From assembly GCA_013298545.1 (NCBI GenBank), contig JAAFIA010000004.1, positions 26,832 through 90,831 of the forward strand: a DNA stretch of 64,000 nucleotides. The letters are read 5' to 3'. Numbering within the stretch: the first letter of the stretch is position 1; each line of letters begins with the position of its first letter. This DNA comes from Bacteroidota bacterium (GTDB lineage Bacteria; Bacteroidota; Bacteroidia; Palsa-965). Below the pieces are notes generated by a model, which was not told the origin of the DNA, did no database searches, and worked only from the letters and a program-made list of their open reading frames with translations. Both the position numbers and the translations under genes were made by a program. This document shows positions 47,825 through 58,285 of the stretch, piece after piece.

Positions 47825-49909
47825 ATGAAAAAAACGCTTTTTAGTTTCAGTCTTTTGTTTGTGCTCTGTTTTGCTCACGCGCAAAACCTCAGCAACCATG
47901 TTCCGCTGTTATCGCATTACATCATTACCATTGCGCCCGAAGTGCATGCCGCCAATGGCGATATCAAAACGATCAACAAACTCGAAATGTTTACCCGAAC
48001 AGACGAGTACGGAAGCGGCTACAACTATTTATACGGCGATCAGTTTCTCGACGAAAAAACGCAACTGGCTTTTCGGCAACTATTTTCCGACATGTTTGCC
48101 AATACCGCTCCAACCGGTATTTCCATGCAAGACCGCATGTTTATCTTTAGCAATTACAGCGATTCGATCGAATACTGGGCTTACATTTTACCCCTTCAAA
48201 ACAGCCAACAATTTGAAGATTATACGACCACACATTTATTCTCCGAAAAACCTACTGTTGACAACGGTTCTGGATTCAAATCCGTAACCGCAGATAAAAT
48301 TTCGATTGGCTGGACCAATAGCTATGCGGTTATTTTATTGGCAAGCTACCGTTACTACGATATGCTCAACAGCTTTGCAGAACTGAAAGAGAATTTGGTA
48401 CAAGACAGTATCAATGCGGTAGAGGCTGTTCAAGCGGAAATGCGTGAAGCTGCCGCTTTCGACAACGGAATAACAGACAGTTTGCGCCAAGCAAAGACAC
48501 AAAGTCTGCTTGCAGAAATGAACGCCATGCGCGATTCGCTTGCCAAAGACACTACGCCTGAAGAAAAAGTCTGGGTCTATTACGCCTACGATCACAACAA
48601 TGATGTGTATGCTACTGTTGACAACGAACAAGAAGAAGAACGCGAACGCCGCCGCACCGCACGTATCGACAACTTTGCCCTCCTCGCGCTGAAACGGATT
48701 TTAAATCTCAACGAAAACGAATCGGTTCAAACCAACAAAAATTTCCGCGATATCCAGTCCGAAAAATTTGATGCGGCCTATTGGTATAATTACGGCGCTA
48801 TTGTGCAGCAGAGTTATTATCAGTACCGCGCTAACTTCAACCGATACAATTATTACAACGACCAATCCTTACCCGATACAACAGATATCGCTACGCTTTG
48901 GGAAAACGCTTACACCGCCGGAATTTTTCGCTTCGATGGCAATACTGCCCGCATGGAACAACGCTCGTATTTCAGTCCGCAGTTGCGCGAAATGACGCAA
49001 GGAATTTACCACGGACGCATTCACCGCCGTATGCTCAATTATGTGAAAGGTGAAAACTTGATGGGCTTTTACGCCATGTCTGCCGATATGGAAAAACTCA
49101 TGAAGTTTGGCGGAAACCTTTACCGCGAATACATCACACAGATGATGTATTTCAGTAATGAAACGCCGATGCTCCTTGCCGTAATGGATTTGGCCCGCGT
49201 TTTTATCGACGAGAAAACACTCTATAATTTACTCGATGGCGATATTCTTGTTGCCGTAACCGATTTGCGCCCCTTCCTCTCATCGTATGTTACGTATGAT
49301 TATGACGAAAACTTTAACCGCGTAGAAGTACGCAAAGAACGTTTAGAAGTACGTCCCGAATTTGTCATGACGGTTGGTATCGGAGAAATGAAAAAAGCAA
49401 AAGAGATTATCGGAATACTCGAACGAGGCGGTATGATCAAAAAACAAAACGAATTGTATTACAGCATCAACATGCCCGGCAATTACGACATGAAAATTTA
49501 CCTGGCGCTGCGCAAAAAAGTACTTGTTATATCAAACAATGAAGATTTGATGCAAAATCATATCAAGCGTGGTTACCCGCGCAAGCTACGCATGGCCCGC
49601 GCGCAACGCCGAATCGCGCGCAAAAGTCCGATTGTGGCTTGGTGGAACGGCACAAAAACATTTGAACTCATCAAGAAAAACCAAAGCAACGACATTTCCG
49701 AAGCCGAAAAACAATCCATAGACATTTTACAAAAAAGTGTAAAGAGCGGAACCATGCTCGGCGTTCGTCCGCGCAATGGCGTTCAGATTATCGAAACAAC
49801 CATTGAAATGAATGATAATGCCGAAGCCAACGAAACCAGTATGCTTCGCTTTTTCAAACTCCTCAATTCGCTTTACCTCATCAACAGCGCATATACTCGC
49901 GGCTATTAA
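47825..49909 (+). CDS. hypothetical secreted protein (694 aa), paralogous to the next gene
   Basis: Signal peptide MKKTLFSFSLLFVLCFAHAQ. Shares a ...IS(I/L)GW(T)N..A(V/A)ILL... block with the 49912 gene. Possibly DUF4836-like; this is an unverified recollection. Confidence 0.6.
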   Translation: MKKTLFSFSLLFVLCFAHAQNLSNHVPLLSHYIITIAPEVHAANGDIKTINKLEMFTRTDEYGSGYNYLYGDQFLDEKTQLAFRQLFSDMFANTAPTGISMQDRMFIFSNYSDSIEYWAYILPLQNSQQFEDYTTTHLFSEKPTVDNGSGFKSVTADKISIGWTNSYAVILLASYRYYDMLNSFAELKENLVQDSINAVEAVQAEMREAAAFDNGITDSLRQAKTQSLLAEMNAMRDSLAKDTTPEEKVWVYYAYDHNNDVYATVDNEQEEERERRRTARIDNFALLALKRILNLNENESVQTNKNFRDIQSEKFDAAYWYNYGAIVQQSYYQYRANFNRYNYYNDQSLPDTTDIATLWENAYTAGIFRFDGNTARMEQRSYFSPQLREMTQGIYHGRIHRRMLNYVKGENLMGFYAMSADMEKLMKFGGNLYREYITQMMYFSNETPMLLAVMDLARVFIDEKTLYNLLDGDILVAVTDLRPFLSSYVTYDYDENFNRVEVRKERLEVRPEFVMTVGIGEMKKAKEIIGILERGGMIKKQNELYYSINMPGNYDMKIYLALRKKVLVISNNEDLMQNHIKRGYPRKLRMARAQRRIARKSPIVAWWNGTKTFELIKKNQSNDISEAEKQSIDILQKSVKSGTMLGVRPRNGVQIIETTIEMNDNAEANETSMLRFFKLLNSLYLINSAYTRGY

Positions 49910-49911
49910 CC

Positions 49912-51474
49912 ATGAAACGTTTTCTGCGCATTGCCGCTGTTCTTATTCTCCTGCTTGCCGTAGCCGGAACTTCTGCATGGTATTTCATCATGCGGCGAAG
50001 TGTCCCCGAACAAGCTGCATACATTCCCAAAGACGCATTTGCGGTAATGACGATAAATGTCAGGGAATTGTTCCTCGATCAACAATTTTCGGGTGGGCAT
50101 CTCTTCCCCGAACAGCCAGAAAAAAAATTACCGAAAAAAGAATTTGAAATCATTCAACGTGCAATTGAGGCCAATGACGGAAGCGGCCTAAAAACCCGCG
50201 CCGATGTTTTAGCCTTCGCCTATAAAAACAACGATCAAGCCTACATCGGAATTGCATTAGCAATGGATGACAGCACCACATTTGGATCGCTTTGGCGCAA
50301 ACAAATTTCAAAAAACATCCCCGCGCAAATTTCAAGCATGCGCAGCTTGCCCACCATCACATTCGATTCTGCAGCATTTGCATTGAGTTGGAATGAGCAT
50401 GCTGCAATTATTTTGTATCCTATCGGAAATCATACCGCATTACAAACGGCTGAAGAATGTACCCGCCTCTTGACGCTCAAAGAACAACAAGCTGTTTTAG
50501 CCGTTAGCGATTTTAAAACCTATCAAAACGAATCATTTGATGTGGCTTTATGGGTGAATGTTGCAGCAATGAATGCCTTTACAAACGATGCGCGAGCCTT
50601 ACGTTTTGCGTTTCAACACCAACAATTTTTACATTTTGCCGGAAGTTTTCAGAAAGGTGTTTTGGCCATTCATGCCGAGCATCTATACGATTCACCGCAA
50701 ACGGCGAAAGCAGATCCCAAGCTCTTGCTTCCTTGCGATTTCAAACAAGCATTGGGTTATCTGAGTTATTCGTTTGCACAACCCACGAGCAACGAAGAAT
50801 ACGAAGCACTCGAAAATATTTATCCATTTTCTGCGCTCCCTTTTTCGCAAACACAACTGAAACAACTCATGCCACTTCTCGATGGCCATGTAAGCGCCAT
50901 TTTTCACGATACGGTGCAGGTTGAAATGCAAACCATTGGTTTTGCCTACGACGAAAATTTTGAAATGACACCAGACACACAGTTGCGCACCATTACCGTG
51001 AACGGCTCGTCATGTTGTTTCGGACTAAAAGACAAGCAGCAAGCCAATGCATTGATTGCGCAATGGATGAAGGACGACGAAATACCCTTTTCGCAACAAA
51101 GTGGCTGGAAATCGGATGACTGGAAAGGCGATCGCTTGCAACTCATCGACAACACCTTGGTTTTCACAAACTGGAGCGAACAGGATTTTCGTATTCGCAA
51201 AGCGCCACAATTTTTAGAAAAGATGCAAGCCAAACTTCCATTGGGTTGGTGGCTCAAGCGTTCGGCGCAAGATGGTTTAATGGGTTGGCTCTATCAAGAA
51301 ACAACAACAAATCCCGGATTACTTTTTGGGGAGCATATTGGCGACTTAACATTTACGCCATCGCAGTATGCCGGATCGAAAAAGATGTACGATATACGGC
51401 TGAATTTTCACAACAAAAAAATCAATGCGTTCATGCAAATGATGGATTTGTATCAACAAGCCACAACGCAATAA
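49912..51474 (+). CDS. hypothetical membrane-anchored protein (520 aa), paralog of the upstream gene
   Basis: N-terminal TM anchor (IAAVLILLLAVAGTSAWYFI). Starts 3 bp after the upstream stop. Confidence 0.6.
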   Translation: MKRFLRIAAVLILLLAVAGTSAWYFIMRRSVPEQAAYIPKDAFAVMTINVRELFLDQQFSGGHLFPEQPEKKLPKKEFEIIQRAIEANDGSGLKTRADVLAFAYKNNDQAYIGIALAMDDSTTFGSLWRKQISKNIPAQISSMRSLPTITFDSAAFALSWNEHAAIILYPIGNHTALQTAEECTRLLTLKEQQAVLAVSDFKTYQNESFDVALWVNVAAMNAFTNDARALRFAFQHQQFLHFAGSFQKGVLAIHAEHLYDSPQTAKADPKLLLPCDFKQALGYLSYSFAQPTSNEEYEALENIYPFSALPFSQTQLKQLMPLLDGHVSAIFHDTVQVEMQTIGFAYDENFEMTPDTQLRTITVNGSSCCFGLKDKQQANALIAQWMKDDEIPFSQQSGWKSDDWKGDRLQLIDNTLVFTNWSEQDFRIRKAPQFLEKMQAKLPLGWWLKRSAQDGLMGWLYQETTTNPGLLFGEHIGDLTFTPSQYAGSKKMYDIRLNFHNKKINAFMQMMDLYQQATTQ

Positions 51475-51518
51475 AGCCCCAACTTACGGGTGGAAATGGA
51501 TTCAGAATAAAAATCGAA

Positions 51519-51959
51519 TTATTGTCCGATCAAGGATTTGAGGTTGTGCTCAAATTTCTCCGGTTTTGATTCTAGATTTCGGAAAAACTTTTCGTCGGCA
51601 TCACCAACTAGCGCACTAGCACGTTCAAGACATTTTTGACCGGATGTTGTCAGGAGCAATTGAATCGCCCGCGCATCGGTTTTACTTGTTTTGCGCGCAA
51701 TCATTTTCTTTTCTTCCAGTGCGCGAAGGACTTTAGAGGTCATCATCACATCTGTTCCAGCATCTTTTGCAACACGAATTTGGGTTGTCGATTGATTACT
51801 TTGAGTCAAATTATCAATTGATTCGAGTAGTAAAAACTGAACATGCGTAATGCCGAGAGGATCTAGAACGGTTTTCATGTAACGCTGCCATGCGTTAGCC
51901 GTTTGCCAAAGCAAAAATCCGAGGGGTGGGGTAGATGTACTTTTTTTCTTCGATGCCAT
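51519..51959 (-). CDS. MarR family transcriptional regulator
   Basis: Winged-HTH pattern (HVQFLLLESIDNLTQ...TQIRVAKDAGTDVMMTSKVLRALEEKKMIAR). Confidence 0.8.
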   Translation of the reverse strand: MASKKKSTSTPPLGFLLWQTANAWQRYMKTVLDPLGITHVQFLLLESIDNLTQSNQSTTQIRVAKDAGTDVMMTSKVLRALEEKKMIARKTSKTDARAIQLLLTTSGQKCLERASALVGDADEKFFRNLESKPEKFEHNLKSLIGQ

Positions 51960-52109
51960 ACTATTTTCAATACGTTGTAGAGGTCAATGGCATTTCTTAC
52001 GACAGAATACACATAGAAGTTACAACGTTTGTTGAAAATGACCTAAAACGACAAAAAATCGACCTAAACAGCATACGGAGACGAAGAATGCTACTTTTTT
52101 ATGTGGATA

Positions 52110-52712
52110 TTACCAATCACTTTCACCGCTGTAGCCAATCACAAGTCCGCCTTTAAATCCTAGATTTCCGTCTTTATAAGTCAATATTGGTCCAATGTGA
52201 GGCGATAAAAAGATTCGGTATTTGGGCAAAACCAATGCCCTAAGGCGAAAAACAACCGAGCCACTCAGCCGCCATTCTTCCAAATGAGGCTCATTCCGCT
52301 TCCAATACTCATATCCAAGCGGATTGACGGAGATATGCGTACTAAAACGTTCGCCTTGGCTTGTATAAAATCCGACCCCTTCAGGAATGACCAAGCACAA
52401 AATTCCAGCAACACCCAAAATGCGCGAACCCAGGCGCGTACTGTCAATCTTAGAAAGCAGAAAAGCCGCCGCCGCCGCACCTGCCGGCGCATGCACATAC
52501 AAGCCTCCCAACGAACTTGGCCCAATCCCAAAATGATAATTCAACGTAAACCGATCAATCTTGCCATAAGCCATAATCCCAAACGATTGCATCGACCGCG
52601 AAGGCAATTGCACATGCTCTGCTACCACACCAATATCAATACCATTTTGGGCACGAATCGCGCTTGAAACAAGCGCGAACAAAACAACGAAACAGAAAAC
52701 AAGATTTTTCAT
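52110..52712 (-). CDS. small outer-membrane beta-barrel-like protein (PagL/acyloxyacyl-hydrolase-like?)
   Basis: Signal peptide MKNLVFCFVVLFALVSSAIRAQ. Alternating beta-strand pattern. C-terminal ...GYSGESDW with a terminal aromatic residue. The functional call is speculative. Confidence 0.45.
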   Translation of the reverse strand: MKNLVFCFVVLFALVSSAIRAQNGIDIGVVAEHVQLPSRSMQSFGIMAYGKIDRFTLNYHFGIGPSSLGGLYVHAPAGAAAAAFLLSKIDSTRLGSRILGVAGILCLVIPEGVGFYTSQGERFSTHISVNPLGYEYWKRNEPHLEEWRLSGSVVFRLRALVLPKYRIFLSPHIGPILTYKDGNLGFKGGLVIGYSGESDW

Positions 52713-52715
52713 GTG

Positions 52716-53366
52716 TTAAAAGTATAAATTTCTGCTTTCGGCAAGCGAAACTAGCGTTCGTTCATCCACAACATGCTCTCCATCAAAGTGAATATGCCGA
52801 AGGTTTTTGCTCCGAGAACGCATTGCCGCAAGCTGTTTTTCGGCCTCCTCTGTGGAAATAAAACGATCGTGTGCTGCCGTTACAACAACCAACGATTGAT
52901 TTTTGGGTAATTCGCCCAGAGGCATATCCGGCGGGAAAAAGCCACACCACAAAATGAGTTGATCGATCAACGAATTTTCTTGCATGGCCCAACGGCTTAC
53001 TGTTGCTGCTCCTTGCGAAAAACCCAAAACAACAATGCGTTTTAGAGATGGATTTTCGGAACAAACAAGCCGATGAACCTGATCTAAGTAATGCACATAA
53101 TCTGAAATATCGGAAAGCCTTTCCTCGCGCGTCATCCACGAAGCCGCAACACGCCCAGAAGAACCTTTGGGATAAAACCGATGCAAGCCTTCTGGTGCAA
53201 CAACAATACGCTTGGGCGAATCGATACACCGGAACGATTCCAGAAACTCATCGGCCAGTTGCGCATAGCCATGACAGACAATCCAAAGCTCTTCAGCGTT
53301 TGCACCAAACTGCCCGAGCCAGAAAAACCGCGCAGTCTTTTCAATGACGAGATTTCTTTTTTGCAT
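52716..53366 (-). CDS. alpha/beta-hydrolase family esterase (phospholipase/carboxylesterase-like)
   Basis: GFSQGA nucleophile elbow. 216-aa length. Downstream D/H positions consistent with a catalytic triad. Confidence 0.75.
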   Translation of the reverse strand: MQKRNLVIEKTARFFWLGQFGANAEELWIVCHGYAQLADEFLESFRCIDSPKRIVVAPEGLHRFYPKGSSGRVAASWMTREERLSDISDYVHYLDQVHRLVCSENPSLKRIVVLGFSQGAATVSRWAMQENSLIDQLILWCGFFPPDMPLGELPKNQSLVVVTAAHDRFISTEEAEKQLAAMRSRSKNLRHIHFDGEHVVDERTLVSLAESRNLYF

Positions 53367-54609
53367 GGGCTTTCTTTTCAGGCTTTGTCTTTTTTGACGA
53401 ATCGTTTAAACCAGCAGAATCTTTGCTCGATAAAGCAGCATCCTCTTCCTCAAATGGCAAATGATGCGCTCCTAGCAATTGTAAAATGGGCTGCACATTG
53501 TAAATACCACGATTGACCTTATTGCAAAGAATAATAATCGTTACATCTTCTGTAAGCCCACGATAAAAAACACTGGTGAAACCGTGCCACCAGCCATTGT
53601 GAAAAACGGCTCTTGCGCCATCTTCTTTAAACGTTACTGTGCGCCAACCAAAACCGTAATTCCACGTTTTCTTTTCTTCTAGTTCGGGACTAGCTGGCGT
53701 AAATGCCTCGTTCAATGTCGTTTTATTTAATAGCGTTCCGTCTTTCAGCGCACGATCCCAGAGAAATAAATCGGCTGTGGTGGTGTAAACGCCTTTATCG
53801 CCAGTTACCGCATCGAGGTAATTTTCATCCCAACGGTCCCATTTTCGGTAATACGAAAGCCCTTTTTTCGCACTCGGTTTTGGCGAGTCATTGATCCACG
53901 AATGTTTCATCTGCAACGGATCGAAAAAATTGGTTTGCATGAACGAAGCAAAATGTTGTTTCGCGATTTTTTCGACGATAGATGCCAGCAAGACATATCC
54001 AGTATTGCTGTATTTGAATTTTTCATCCGGTTTTGCAAAAGGAGCAGGCTTCAGCCGACTCATGAGAGCCAGCACGCTATCGTTGTTATACGTTTCAGGC
54101 TCCTGCCCCAACTCACGGTAATAAATATCGCACATATCGGTGTAGCGCGATAGGCCACTTCGGTGCGTCAGCAAATGCCGGATTGTAATTCCAGAATATG
54201 GAAAATTAGGCAAATACTTTTCTACAGGATCATTGTACTGCAAAAGACCACGTTGTTGAAGCAGCATGATCGCCGCCGCCGTAAATTGTTTAGAGACAGA
54301 CGCAATTTGAATCGACGACGAATCTGTGAGCGGTGTTTTCTTCACATAATCAAACCACCCAAATGTTTTATGATAAATCACCACACCGCGCTGTGCAATT
54401 AAAACAGAACCGTTAAAAAGATCAGCCTTATACTTGGTCGCGAAAATGGCATCAAGGGCTGCTGCTTTTTTTGCGCCATCAATTTGGTTGTAAATAATGG
54501 ACGTACTATCAAATTTGGGCTTTGTATCACCGATCGGCTTATCTACAACAGAAGCCGAACATCCCCAAAGCGAAACGAGCAACACATAAAACAGAGAAAC
54601 ACCACGCAT
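53341..54609 (-). CDS. serine hydrolase of the beta-lactamase/PBP (class C-like) family
   Basis: Signal peptide. S-x-x-K motif IASVSKQFT and YxN-type downstream blocks. Lys-rich C-terminal tail. Confidence 0.8.
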   Translation of the reverse strand: MRGVSLFYVLLVSLWGCSASVVDKPIGDTKPKFDSTSIIYNQIDGAKKAAALDAIFATKYKADLFNGSVLIAQRGVVIYHKTFGWFDYVKKTPLTDSSSIQIASVSKQFTAAAIMLLQQRGLLQYNDPVEKYLPNFPYSGITIRHLLTHRSGLSRYTDMCDIYYRELGQEPETYNNDSVLALMSRLKPAPFAKPDEKFKYSNTGYVLLASIVEKIAKQHFASFMQTNFFDPLQMKHSWINDSPKPSAKKGLSYYRKWDRWDENYLDAVTGDKGVYTTTADLFLWDRALKDGTLLNKTTLNEAFTPASPELEEKKTWNYGFGWRTVTFKEDGARAVFHNGWWHGFTSVFYRGLTEDVTIIILCNKVNRGIYNVQPILQLLGAHHLPFEEEDAALSSKDSAGLNDSSKKTKPEKKAHAKKKSRH

Positions 54610-54702
54610 GCAGCAAAAATGCTCAGAATGTACACGCCTTTCTGAACAAGAAGAGAAAGTAATTCACAAAACCGCTGTTGATTAGCATTTGAAACAAGCA
54701 CA

Positions 54703-54738
54703 AAAAAAAATCCGCTACGACATGCAGCGGATTTTTAA
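54703..54738. terminator. bidirectional intrinsic terminator
   Basis: aaaaaaaaa-tccgct-acgacatgc-agcgga-ttttt, downstream of the minus-strand lipoprotein gene. Confidence 0.7.
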
Positions 54739-54754
54739 AACATCGTGTTGGGAA

Positions 54755-55603
54755 TTATTCAACAACAATAACAAGGTATTTCGAAACGCTCCAGAATTTT
54801 TCGGCATCAGAAATCACCAATTTTTCTGTTTTACCATCAGATTCAACAAGGCTGTATGAATCGGAAGGGTGTGTAGAAACCACTTTTGCTTTTTTCACAT
54901 TGAGCATAATTTCGGTTGTTTTGGTAATGTCAACCTGCTCAAAGTATTTGGTATTCATGGTAGAACTCAACTTGGTTGTTTTACCAAGACCAATAACACC
55001 ACCCTCTTTGGTTAATACGCCATTTGCAATCAAGTCTTTCTTTGTGCCGTAAGCATAGTAAGCCGTATTCAATTTCGCCGTTTTGGCATCCGACTCGGCA
55101 TTCACCATGGCCACTTCCATGCTCATGTTGCCCAATTCGATATTGAGTTTTTCGATCTGATCTTTGAGCGCAACAATTTCTTGTTCGCGTGTTGCCAGTT
55201 GCGATTCGAGCAAGTCGATGGTGCGTTGCAATTCGCCGATCTTAGCATCTTTGTCGTTCAGCTTCTTTTTTGCAGCAGCCAAACGCGCTTTGTTTTGTGC
55301 CATCAAATCATAGATGGCCTGAATATCGGCCTTGATTTGTTCTTCGCGGCTTTTTACATCGCCAGTGGCAGTTGACTCATTGATGATTTTTTCTTTCTTC
55401 TTGATTTCATCCAGATTTACCTGAATGTCGTTGAAAGCACGCAGGAACGAATCGATCGCAGCTTCTTTTTCCGAAACCTGACCAGAAAGTTCCTGAGTCT
55501 GTTGGGTTAAACTGTCTTTAACAGGATCACGTTCTGGTTCTCCCGTTCCTGAGCAGGCTGTAAACAGACCCGCGATGGCTAAAATGCCGAGCAGCTTTTT
55601 CAT
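54755..55603 (-). CDS. coiled-coil lipoprotein (282 aa)
   Basis: Start MKKLLGILAIAGLFTAC at 55603 (the track start at 55852 is over-extended and would overlap dinB). Long heptad-repeat region. Beta-rich C-terminal domain. Confidence 0.65.
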   Translation of the reverse strand: MKKLLGILAIAGLFTACSGTGEPERDPVKDSLTQQTQELSGQVSEKEAAIDSFLRAFNDIQVNLDEIKKKEKIINESTATGDVKSREEQIKADIQAIYDLMAQNKARLAAAKKKLNDKDAKIGELQRTIDLLESQLATREQEIVALKDQIEKLNIELGNMSMEVAMVNAESDAKTAKLNTAYYAYGTKKDLIANGVLTKEGGVIGLGKTTKLSSTMNTKYFEQVDITKTTEIMLNVKKAKVVSTHPSDSYSLVESDGKTEKLVISDAEKFWSVSKYLVIVVE

Positions 55604-55703
55604 GTAGCGTTTAATTTTTAGTGATGCAAAGGTAACGAAATCAGTCTTCCCTTTGGTATTATTCCAAACAGCCAAATTATGTGAAAGCGAAAAAGCCGTG
55701 AAG

Positions 55704-56780
55704 TTATACATCAAACAAATTGAGTTGCGATCCAACAGGTTTTTCCTGATCCCCGAAACCAGCAACACCAACGCCCAACAAACGAACCAATTTTGTTCCC
55801 GCATCTGTTGTGCGCAGCAATTCCCGAACCGTCTCCAGTACCTGATTGGCATCCGTTACCGGAAAAGCAAACGAGCGACTTCGCGTAACATGCGTAAAAT
55901 CGTGATATTTTACTTTCAAGGTTATCGTGCGCCCAAACAACTCGTAACGCTCCAACCGTTTGAACAATTTTTCAGTCAACACATCCAACTCCGCATCGAG
56001 TACAATTAGGTCAAGTACATCTTCGCGAAACGTATCTTCTACACTCACCGATTTGGTTTCGCGGTGCGGCTGAACGGCGCGGTTGTCGATACCTCGTACT
56101 AAATTGTAGTAGTAACGACCCGATTTTCCGAAACGGCGTGTCAATTCTTCTTGACTCAACAGTTTCATATCTGCACCCGTAAACAAGCCCTGCTTATTCA
56201 TTTTTTCGGCGGTAACTTTTCCGATTCCATGAAAATCTTCGACCCGCAACTGTTCCATAAACGCCTCAATTTTAGACGGCCCGATAAACGTTAGTCCATT
56301 TGGTTTTTGCATGCCCGAAGCCACTTTCGCCACAAACTTATTGATCGAAACACCCGCAGAAGCCGTCAACTCCGTTGCTTCAAAAATGGCTTGTTTGATG
56401 GCTTTGGCAATTTCGATGGCCGAACCAATACCTTGTTTGTCTTGTGTTACATCGAGATACGCCTCATCGAGCGAAAGCGGCTCAACCAAATCTGTATGCA
56501 TAAAAAAGATTTCGCGAATTTTCTGCGATGCTTCTTTGTAGGCCGAAAAACGGGGCGGTGCAAAAATTCCATGCGGACAACGCCGATACGCTTCTTTCCC
56601 TGGCATGGCCGAGCGCACACCAAATTTGCGCGCCTCATAACTCGCCGTCAGCACCACACCGCGCCCTTGTGGAGAACCCACAATTACCGGAAGCCCACGC
56701 CATTCGGGATGATCGCGCTGCTCAACCGATGCATAAAACGCATCCATATCGACATGAATAATTTTGCGGTGTTCGCTCAC
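55704..56780 (-). CDS. dinB: DNA polymerase IV
   Basis: IIHVDMDAFYASVEQRD, LPVIVG, SIDEAYLDVT motifs. Y-family palm, fingers and little-finger domains, collinear with DinB. Confidence 0.9.
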   Translation of the reverse strand: MSEHRKIIHVDMDAFYASVEQRDHPEWRGLPVIVGSPQGRGVVLTASYEARKFGVRSAMPGKEAYRRCPHGIFAPPRFSAYKEASQKIREIFFMHTDLVEPLSLDEAYLDVTQDKQGIGSAIEIAKAIKQAIFEATELTASAGVSINKFVAKVASGMQKPNGLTFIGPSKIEAFMEQLRVEDFHGIGKVTAEKMNKQGLFTGADMKLLSQEELTRRFGKSGRYYYNLVRGIDNRAVQPHRETKSVSVEDTFREDVLDLIVLDAELDVLTEKLFKRLERYELFGRTITLKVKYHDFTHVTRSRSFAFPVTDANQVLETVRELLRTTDAGTKLVRLLGVGVAGFGDQEKPVGSQLNLFDV

Positions 56781-56878
56781 GGGTAATAAAATTACGCAGG
56801 TAAAAGTACAACACCACTTAGGCGAAAGTCAATGCTTGAATTTTAGTAGTAGAAAAATAACCGCGCATTCCTAGCACA

Positions 56879-56937
56879 ATTGATGAATTACTGAATTAAC
56901 AAATCTATCATTCACCAATTTGCTAATTCATCAATTT
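56879..56937. repeat. palindromic intergenic element (family copy E3)
   Basis: aattgatgaatta ... taattcatcaatt 13-bp arms, followed by tcgtaattcaccaactgcgc (the same tail as E1 and E2). Lies between the dinB start and the upstream GH5-like gene's stop. Confidence 0.6.
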
Positions 56938-56966
56938 CGTAATTCACCAACTGCGCACACGCACCC

Positions 56967-58253
56967 TTAAAGGCGAATAATTTTAAACGAAGCCAAATCT
57001 GTTTTCAAGAAATAAACACCCGTAGGCAATTCCTGCAAATCAATCATCGAAGCTCCGCGAGTTACCACAAAACGACCAACCTCTTTCCCATCCACACCCC
57101 ACAAAAAAACGACTTGCTCAGAAGCACTGTTGAAGAAAAGCATTCCTGTATTCGGATTTGGAAAAACAAAATCGGTAAGCTGTTGATCAGCTTCTATGCC
57201 TAACGTAGTGCATCCATTGTTTAACAAATAAAAACTTTTTGCAGGCGCATGTGTGGCCAAACCAAAATTTGGATCATTTACAATCACCTGTCCAAAGCCC
57301 GTCAAACTATTGAAATTTCCGTTTGTTGTAATTTGTCGTGCCGCGCAATTGTCGTTGTCCCAACTCCAGATGAGCCAATGCATGCCAACCGTTTGGCAGT
57401 AGTTGAGTAGCGGAATGTAGTTGAGCGTATATTGACACGCCACTTGATCGTCTTGAAAATTAGCAAGCTCACCAATGACGAATGGAATGTTGGCAGCAAT
57501 TACCGCATTGATTTTTGCTGCCATTTGCGCCGAGTCATTTGCAGCATAGCCAAACCAATAAGCATGCGCACTAAAAATAATATTGTGATCGGGATCTGCG
57601 GCAATCAAATCGTTTGCTGTATTGGAATTGATAAACGCATCCGAGTGTTGCCCACAATCAGGCGCATCAATCATGATTGGAAAATGAAAGCCAGGCGCAT
57701 TGCGCAACGTTTGAATAATTGTTTGATATGTATTCTTGTAGCTTGTCAACGCCGCATTCGGATTATTGTCCCAATTGACATACAAGGCTTCGTTAGCATA
57801 ATTGATAATGATACTGTGTTTGTATTTATTGAGAATGGTCAATACCGGTGTTTGTGTCCACCAAGTAGTCAGAGCAGTTAAACTAGCTGTTGAGTTGGCA
57901 CACGTTTGATCGTGCAATTCTAAAATAGCAATGAGTTTATGTTGTACACACTTGCTCAACGCCGAGTCTAGCGCGGTAAAATTGCTGTATTCCGGGCCTC
58001 CACCAGTAGCATACCAAACCAAGCGAACCGCATTGGCTCCCGATTGCGCAATTTCTGCAAGTTTATTTTGATTGATGGAATAGCCCCAATTGTAAATCGC
58101 ATAGTTTACACCACGCAACAACAACGTATCGTGGCAAGGCCCTAAAATGTATCGGCCACTCGTATAAATTACCGTATCAACCTGAGCAGAACTACGCAAG
58201 GAAGGAACTGCAAAGAGAACAAGTAGAAAATAGAATTTTAAGAAATGGCGCAT
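56967..58253 (-). CDS. glycoside hydrolase (GH5/cellulase-superfamily-like) with T9SS type-A C-terminal sorting domain
   Basis: Signal peptide. (beta/alpha)8-type blocks GANAVRLVW, ILELHD, INYANEA (NEP-like acid/base motif). C-terminal FVFPNPNTG...GVYFLKTDLASFKIIRL CTD. Confidence 0.7.
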   Translation of the reverse strand: MRHFLKFYFLLVLFAVPSLRSSAQVDTVIYTSGRYILGPCHDTLLLRGVNYAIYNWGYSINQNKLAEIAQSGANAVRLVWYATGGGPEYSNFTALDSALSKCVQHKLIAILELHDQTCANSTASLTALTTWWTQTPVLTILNKYKHSIIINYANEALYVNWDNNPNAALTSYKNTYQTIIQTLRNAPGFHFPIMIDAPDCGQHSDAFINSNTANDLIAADPDHNIIFSAHAYWFGYAANDSAQMAAKINAVIAANIPFVIGELANFQDDQVACQYTLNYIPLLNYCQTVGMHWLIWSWDNDNCAARQITTNGNFNSLTGFGQVIVNDPNFGLATHAPAKSFYLLNNGCTTLGIEADQQLTDFVFPNPNTGMLFFNSASEQVVFLWGVDGKEVGRFVVTRGASMIDLQELPTGVYFLKTDLASFKIIRL

Positions 58254-58285
58254 GAAGATTTTTTTAAAAATCGTGGAAACATCAT

